A stretch of DNA of 31,913 nt. It comes from a virus (taxonomy: Duplodnaviria; Caudoviricetes). The position numbers were made by a program, and so were the translations under genes. The notes under the pieces were generated by a model, which did no database searches, was not told the DNA's origin, and saw nothing but the letters and a program-made list of their open reading frames with translations. Location: IMG/VR virus record IMGVR_UViG_3300017912_002029, positions 1 through 31,913 of that record, one strand, 5' to 3'. Numbering within the stretch: position 1 is the first letter of the stretch; the number at the start of each line of letters is the position of its first letter. This document shows, piece by piece, positions 27,753-31,913 of this stretch.

Positions 27753-27822
27753 AGTATATACATCATGCACGTGTGTGTGTAAGTATATATATAAACTTAT
27801 ACCAAACAATAAGAATTAATAA

Positions 27823-28151
27823 TAGGCGTTATGCAGGACTGTGGTATACAATATTAGTAAAAAGCATAATATAATATAGCTAGTGTTACATAGCGCCTAG
27901 ACGGATTAAATGTAGTATGTATTGCTGTCATGATTAACAAGGTGTAAGTCCTTGGAGACAATAAAAGCATACTACAAAAGAATAATACCCGACACACTGG
28001 AGCGATTCGAAAGTGAACCTTGACAGGTTATATACTACCTAGGAAGTATATTTAGAACACTATTAGATACCAATCTCGGCCCTGTTGATGGATGCTACCA
28101 ATAGAACCTTTATGGTCACTAAGCTAAAGCAATCACCAGGGCTGGTGTGTT
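27823..28151 (+). ncRNA. Candidate structured non-coding RNA(s), unassigned family
   Basis: Three consecutive base-paired domains (27823-27899, 27911-27976, 27991-28151) in a region with no credible ORF; G-U pairs favour the plus strand. Confidence 0.6.
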
Positions 28152-28192
28152 AAACAGTTAATATAAAACAGTTAATAAGAGGAGATCCTACC

Positions 28193-28375
28193 ATGGGAAA
28201 AAGAGAAGTTTTTAATGTATTACCAGAATCAATAATAGAAAACGATAGTTTAGATAATATCTTGAAGGCATTTCTTATTGCTAGAAAAGATATAATGAAA
28301 GCTAAATCAAGAAAGCAGGCTAAGTCTGTTATAACTCTTGGGAAAGGTAGTAAGGTAGTAGAAAAATGCATATAG
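28193..28375 (+). CDS. Small hypothetical protein
   Basis: 60 aa; GAGGAG RBS. Confidence 0.7.
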   Translation: MGKREVFNVLPESIIENDSLDNILKAFLIARKDIMKAKSRKQAKSVITLGKGSKVVEKCI

Positions 28376-28548
28376 AATCATTTGTACTGTTAATACTTGG
28401 TCTTATAAGTATTATAACATTTACTATGGCAATACATGGCTTACTTATGTTCTTTAAAGAATTAAATGATGATTGGAAAATTAGAAAAATACAGCGGCAG
28501 TACGCTGAAAAGTATGATGATCCATTCTATATAGAGGAGGATAAGTAA
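28366..28548 (+). CDS. Small single-pass membrane protein
   Basis: 60 aa; hydrophobic FVLLILGLISIITFTMAIHGLLMFF and a charged tail. Confidence 0.7.
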   Translation: MHIESFVLLILGLISIITFTMAIHGLLMFFKELNDDWKIRKIQRQYAEKYDDPFYIEEDK

Positions 28549-28718
28549 TGGCAGGTAATTATACAGAAATGTTAGAGATAGTCAAGCGACTACAAGAGGC
28601 AAAAGCCAAAATACTTTCTAAGATTGAGACTGAGACTAAAGCCTTGGAAGCATTAGATAAGGATATTAAGAAGTTTCAGTTTCAAATGTCTAAAGGAATT
28701 GGCAAACCTATAGATTAG
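28548..28718 (+). CDS. Small coiled-coil protein (56 aa)
   Basis: Not in track. MAGNYTEMLEIVKRLQEAKAKILSKIETETKALEALDKDIKKFQFQMSKGIGKPID; GAGGAGG RBS; TAATG overlap. Confidence 0.8.
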   Translation: MAGNYTEMLEIVKRLQEAKAKILSKIETETKALEALDKDIKKFQFQMSKGIGKPID

Positions 28719-28740
28719 AAAATAATTGGTAGGAGAGAAG

Positions 28741-28839
28741 ACCTGTAGGAGTAGACAAGGCTCAAAACAGCTACAGGTTAACATAACACCCATCATCGAT
28801 AGTACTACACTTAGGGCTTCGGCCTGTTGGTGGGTGTTA
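28741..28839 (+). ncRNA. Candidate structured RNA/leader (two stem-loops)
   Basis: ACCTGTAG/CTACAGGT (28741-48/28771-78); TAACACCCATCA/TGGTGGGTGTTA (28784-95/28828-39) enclosing a C(UUCG)G hairpin. Confidence 0.6.
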
Positions 28840-28859
28840 AATTTTAAAAGGAGAATAAT

Positions 28860-28949
28860 ATGTATTTATTAATATCAATGTTAATAATAGCTTTAGGAAT
28901 ACTATGGTTACTATTAACAAGGGCAGGTATAGATGACCTCCACGATTAA
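28860..28949 (+). CDS. 29-aa hydrophobic peptide
   Basis: Not in track. MYLLISMLIIALGILWLLLTRAGIDDLHD; AAGGAG RBS with normal spacing. Confidence 0.65.
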   Translation: MYLLISMLIIALGILWLLLTRAGIDDLHD

Positions 28950-29298
28950 TTATGTTATATATCATAGAAATAACAGACAACTTGAACTAACAAACCACAT
29001 TGAACCAGATGGTGATCTTGATCCTAACTATACACTTATTAGGAACAGAGCCTTAACAGGAATATATATCAATGATGAATTTGTAAGTCAAGATGAAAAA
29101 TCATTTAAATGGCTCATAGAATGTGCTAAAACGCAAAAAGAAGGGCAATATTGTCCTATATGTAGTGGCATATTTGAAGATGCATTAAATAATAACTATA
29201 AAATAACTAAGTTTTATAGAGATAACGTAGTAGAAGCTGATATACCACATCCATTGCTTGATGAGGTAATTAAAGTGTTTAAAAATAAGGAGAAGTAG
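28933..29298 (+). CDS. Hypothetical protein with a CxxC motif
   Basis: 121 aa; YCPICSG. Confidence 0.75.
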   Translation: MTSTINYVIYHRNNRQLELTNHIEPDGDLDPNYTLIRNRALTGIYINDEFVSQDEKSFKWLIECAKTQKEGQYCPICSGIFEDALNNNYKITKFYRDNVVEADIPHPLLDEVIKVFKNKEK

Positions 29299-29299
29299 T

Positions 29300-29797
29300 A
29301 TGGGATTTGATTTAAGTGGTATGAACCCTAAAATACACAAACATGAGTCTGAATACAAGTATTTTAAAGAAGATAGCGATTTATGGAAAGATGAGAACAT
29401 AGAAAGACGTAAAAAATACTTTAAAGACATGGAAAGGTATCATGAAGACAATCCGGGCGTGTATTTTCGTAATAATGTGTGGTGGTGGAGACCATTATGG
29501 TCATTTGTGTGCAATAATTGTGATTTTATGACAGAAGAACAGTTTAAAGCTGGTTCTTTCAATGATGGAAAAGAAATTGATCAAGAAACTGCTGCTAAAA
29601 TAGGTACACAACTAGAAATATTACTTGCAGATGGTACTGTTGACAAATGGGAAGAACGTATTAAAAAAGAAAACAAAGAATTAGAGAAATCTGATGATAA
29701 AGAAAAGAGATTCTTAGCAAGTTATCCGTTTTCAAGAGAAAATGTAGAGAATTTTGCTAAATTTTGTCTAGAATCAGGAGGTTTTATAATATGTTAA
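29300..29797 (+). CDS. Phage early protein of unknown function
   Basis: 165 aa; MGFDL, YFRNNVWWWRPLW and FAKFCLESGGF look like conserved-family motifs; AAGGAG RBS. Confidence 0.8.
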   Translation: MGFDLSGMNPKIHKHESEYKYFKEDSDLWKDENIERRKKYFKDMERYHEDNPGVYFRNNVWWWRPLWSFVCNNCDFMTEEQFKAGSFNDGKEIDQETAAKIGTQLEILLADGTVDKWEERIKKENKELEKSDDKEKRFLASYPFSRENVENFAKFCLESGGFIIC

Positions 29798-29937
29798 CAT
29801 TTTTACCTGTAAGAACAGAAGAAGATGTCTTAAAAGACATAATAATCAATAAAAATAAGCAATCTAAGCTAAAAATAGAGCTAAATAAGCTTATTGATGA
29901 GCTAGTACTGATAACAAATGGAGAAAATAATGACTGA
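29791..29937 (+). CDS. Small hypothetical protein (48 aa)
   Basis: Not in track. MLTFLPVRTEEDVLKDIIINKNKQSKLKIELNKLIDELVLITNGENND; AGGAGG RBS. Confidence 0.65.
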   Translation: MLTFLPVRTEEDVLKDIIINKNKQSKLKIELNKLIDELVLITNGENND

Positions 29938-30136
29938 TAAGCCAATAGATAGAGAAGAACCTAAAAAAAAGAGTAAAACTACTAAAAAAGATGATTCTAT
30001 GGACTATATTCTTAATCATATCGACACAATGAAAGAAGATATAAACAGAATCAACGAAAATGCTAATTTTGCTTGTGAACAACTAGAAGAACTAAGACCT
30101 CTTATAGATACCATTAGAAAAAGACTAGGATTATAA
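29930..30136 (+). CDS. Small coiled-coil protein
   Basis: Likely start 29930 (GGAG RBS); ends IRKRLGL. Confidence 0.75.
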   Translation: MTDKPIDREEPKKKSKTTKKDDSMDYILNHIDTMKEDINRINENANFACEQLEELRPLIDTIRKRLGL

Positions 30137-30312
30137 TGGATATTGGTAATATAGAGGCAAATACTATTCTTTTGAAAAAAACTATCAAATATTTACCAGA
30201 TGGTACTGAAAAAGAACAAGTAAAGAAACAAATAAAAACTAACTATAAACTTATTGATGATTTCTTTGACCAATTGGCTGAAGAGTCTCAATATTCATCG
30301 TATGAACACTAA
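30136..30312 (+). CDS. Small hypothetical protein (58 aa)
   Basis: Not in track. MDIGNIEANTILLKKTIKYLPDGTEKEQVKKQIKTNYKLIDDFFDQLAEESQYSSYEH; TAATG overlap. Confidence 0.7.
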   Translation: MDIGNIEANTILLKKTIKYLPDGTEKEQVKKQIKTNYKLIDDFFDQLAEESQYSSYEH

Positions 30313-30323
30313 AAGGAGGCCAT

Positions 30324-30542
30324 ATGGCAACTAAAACTATAAAATTCCTACAAGGTGGCGGCTTTGTAGAGAGACAAACTAACGCTGACACTGTTGAGCA
30401 ATTAAGAGCAGAGTTTCCAGATGATATTACTTCTAATGCATCTGTTGCTGTTAATGGTGTATCTGTAACTAATGCTCACGCTATTGCTGAAGGTGATATT
30501 GTTGCAGCTGTTAATAATAATAAATCTGGCGGTGATCAGTAA
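30324..30542 (+). CDS. Ubiquitin-like (ThiS/MoaD-type beta-grasp) protein with C-terminal GG plus a 2-residue extension
   Basis: 72 aa; TVEQLR helix, VAVNG, IAEGDIV and terminal KSGG-DQ reproduce the TV.EL...vNG...l.eGD.v...GG pattern; AGGAGG RBS. Confidence 0.85.
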   Translation: MATKTIKFLQGGGFVERQTNADTVEQLRAEFPDDITSNASVAVNGVSVTNAHAIAEGDIVAAVNNNKSGGDQ

Positions 30543-30558
30543 TTATTAATTTATAACT

Positions 30559-30637
30559 TATAGGGCTGTAGTGACAGGCGAGTCAATCAAGCGGGGCTGT
30601 AATCCTGTGAGACTAACGAGGGTCAATCAGCCCTATA
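30559..30637 (+). ncRNA. Candidate structured RNA between the Ubl and E2-like genes
   Basis: Perfect 10-bp outer stem TATAGGGCTG/CAGCCCTATA with nested TGAC/GTCA, AGTC/GACT and GCGGG/CCTGT helices. Confidence 0.65.
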
Positions 30638-30656
30638 TAACTTTTGGAGGAGAGAA

Positions 30657-31913
30657 ATGTCAAATTATAATAATTATGATTTAATTGTAGAATCAACAGA
30701 CATTAATGATGTAATTGATTCTATAGAAACAGAAGATCTTGGTGATCACATATATTTCGGTCCCCAAGCAGATATTATGGAAAGACTAAATAGATTTAAT
30801 ACTAATTATCATGCAGATTTAGAAATTACTAAAACATTTAAATGGAAACGTGGTACATATGATAAAGTAGCAAATTTAATGATGAAAGGTTTAGGATTTA
30901 AACGTAAACCTAGTGGTATGTATAACTTTTTATCACGTGAAGACTATTTTAGAAGAAATCGTTGGGATTGGATACAAACTGAACTAAGAGAAATGGATAA
31001 TATGATAGCTCATTTGCGTTATTATAATGAAGAATGGCTAGATGATCCTAGTGTTCTTGTAGAATACAAAGATACATTTAAAAATTATTTATCAGAACAA
31101 GCAGAAAAAGCAGCACCAGTAGCATATGGAATAGATATGTATGATTCAGTATGGTATAGATTATATGCACATCCTAGTAGCAGGTCAAATCAAAGATACA
31201 TGTTAAATACAGCAATTACATTTTCACCACCAGCTATTAAAGTGTATAGTAGTGCAAATACAAGAGCTGAAACAGAAGCTACACATGTTGCTGATATACC
31301 ATGTGATATGCAGGTTGAATTAAATCTAATAAGCTATCCAATTAAAGATATGATAACAAATAAACTTAGTTATACTAGACCAAAGTTTAATGTATATAAC
31401 TATGGTATTGTTTATCCTTTTGATAATAGAGGTAGACTAAGGTTCCCTTATATATCTGGAAATCATTACAGAGATAGTGGTAATATATTTGGTAATAGTG
31501 TATGTTGGGGTGATGATGCAACAAATGTGAGTAATGCTATGGGTAGATATGACTTAACATCCTTGTTAATTCAAATACCTAACTGGGCTACTAGATATAC
31601 TAATAATACTAATCCATATCACAATATTAAACAAGCATATCATGGTGAGCCAAAACTAATAAATGATGATTTTAGAGCTATATTTGGCACTAGTTCACCA
31701 GATGAGTGTTTTTATAGTCCATCAGGTGAAGATGATTACTGTGATACAGCAGAATGTGCACTTAGATCTAGATGTAGTAGGTATAAAGATGCATATCCTG
31801 AACCAGTATCACCAGAACAAGCTGAGCAATTAACGCTTCAATGGGCTACTAGAATGGGTGGTATTAATACATCAACAGGTAATATTCATGGTGGTGAACA
31901 AGAACCTGTTGAC
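30657..31913 (+). CDS. Putative E2 (ubiquitin-conjugating)-like protein with a C-terminal Cys cluster; runs off the right edge (>=419 aa)
   Basis: Not in track. GGAGG RBS, ATG 30657, open to the window end. Contains RFPYISG...NSVCWGD...YDLTSLLIQIPNWATRYT..TNPY and C351-x10-C362-x4-C367-x5-C373. The CDS is certain; the E2 call is inference. Confidence 0.65.
   Translation, partial: MSNYNNYDLIVESTDINDVIDSIETEDLGDHIYFGPQADIMERLNRFNTNYHADLEITKTFKWKRGTYDKVANLMMKGLGFKRKPSGMYNFLSREDYFRRNRWDWIQTELREMDNMIAHLRYYNEEWLDDPSVLVEYKDTFKNYLSEQAEKAAPVAYGIDMYDSVWYRLYAHPSSRSNQRYMLNTAITFSPPAIKVYSSANTRAETEATHVADIPCDMQVELNLISYPIKDMITNKLSYTRPKFNVYNYGIVYPFDNRGRLRFPYISGNHYRDSGNIFGNSVCWGDDATNVSNAMGRYDLTSLLIQIPNWATRYTNNTNPYHNIKQAYHGEPKLINDDFRAIFGTSSPDECFYSPSGEDDYCDTAECALRSRCSRYKDAYPEPVSPEQAEQLTLQWATRMGGINTSTGNIHGGEQEPVD

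Noticed and set aside
27911-27976. Twister or twister-sister ribozyme (GGTGTAAGTCC loop resemblance)
   Set aside because: The conserved cleavage-site nucleotides and pseudoknot pairings could not be placed; kept only as an unassigned structured motif.
27823-28839. tRNA or tmRNA genes in the structured intergenic regions
   Set aside because: No cloverleaf with correctly placed D and T arms and no tag reading frame; TTCGAA at 28006-28011 lacks a T-stem.
27304-30082. Minus-strand ORFs in the early region (27304-27501, 28150-28371, 29185-29430, 29891-30082)
   Set aside because: Antisense to tightly packed plus-strand genes with good RBSs.
30324-30542. Ordinary ThiS/MoaD sulfur carrier or lambda-type tail assembly protein I
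   Set aside because: No cofactor-biosynthesis genes in the window, the GG is capped, the gene is outside the tail module and its neighbour is E2-like. Not fully excluded, because downstream genes are not visible.

Overview
AT-rich fragment of a tailed dsDNA bacteriophage genome, most consistent with a podovirus-like phage of the kind seen in marine viromes. The host is not identifiable; strong GGAGG ribosome-binding sites argue against Bacteroidota. Positions 1-27120 form one minus-strand late module: GH108 endolysin, TerS-like gene, TerL, P22-like portal, scaffold, major capsid, decoration and adaptor genes, a LamG protein, a metallophosphoesterase, a holin-like gene, four very basic microproteins, a 1380-aa tail stabilisation protein, a ~1655-aa repeat-rich fibre and acidic ejection-type proteins. 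From 27323 a divergent plus-strand early region carries small ORFs interleaved with several strongly base-paired non-coding elements. The most striking signal is at the right end: a ubiquitin-like beta-grasp protein ending KSGG-DQ (30324-30542), a structured RNA spacer, then an ORF missing from the supplied track (30657 to the window end) with an E2-like FPYI...VCWG...NPY core and a 4-Cys cluster. This suggests a phage-encoded ubiquitin-like conjugation operon whose E1 and JAB genes would lie beyond the window. All family calls come from motif recognition by eye; no searches or folding programs were run.
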